DNA of 63,289 nucleotides, filler included, from Octopus bimaculoides (lineage: Eukaryota), in NCBI RefSeq assembly GCF_001194135.2. It is 6 parts of 5 records of this genome, joined end to end, with 100 filler letters (N's around TTAATTAATTAA, not from the genome) between each part and the next. Parts side by side here need not be neighbours in the genome. Positions count along the whole stretch, not along the records: positions 61,251 to 63,289 come from NC_068983.1; 5 more parts are not named here. The stretch is one strand, 5' to 3'. A program made the position numbers and the translations under genes. Position 1 is the first letter of the stretch, and each line of letters starts with the position of its first letter. Under the pieces are notes generated by a model. The model saw only the letters and a program-made list of their open reading frames with translations. It did no database searches and was not told where the DNA came from. Of this stretch, positions 63,214-63,289 are shown in pieces.

Positions 63214-63253
<40 letters not shown>

Positions 63254-63254
<1 letters not shown>

Positions 63255-63289
63255 GTTTCTTTATTAGCCATACAGGGCTCAACACAGAG
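63254..63289 (-). mobile_element. Tx1-type LINE 3' terminus after (GATA)n (continues beyond the window)
   Basis: gataggtttctttattagccatacagggctcaacacagag is nearly identical to 10828-10868. Confidence 0.6.

Overview
AT-rich, microsatellite-saturated eukaryotic draft-genome window with many N gaps. The SINE repertoire, the mariner/Tc1/Penelope mix and the simple-repeat load suggest an octopus (coleoid cephalopod); this is my inference from recognition, not a search. I found no intact host protein-coding exon that I can support, and nearly all six-frame ORFs are microsatellite or gap artefacts. The identifiable content is a layered transposon landscape: at least four tRNA-derived SINE families, CR1/L2-group and L1/Tx1 LINE fragments, probable R4/Dong 3' ends in (TAA)n, several Penelope-like (PLE) fragments, decayed Tc1 and mariner transposases, a Tigger-like MITE and a possible Gypsy remnant. 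The most unusual signals are: (i) a tRNA-headed SINE-like element with an internal (AAT)n tract and a PLE-type minimal hammerhead ribozyme near its 3' end (3 copies, two back-to-back); (ii) further hammerhead variants at PLE-like ends; (iii) two SINE/LINE shared-tail pairs visible inside the window; (iv) six unrelated long fold-back elements; (v) an old head-to-tail tandem duplication (about 20.5-27.6 kb) with differential TE insertions and a possibly codon-conserved decayed ORF; (vi) a possible decayed GPCR-like frame at 36.8-37.5 kb.
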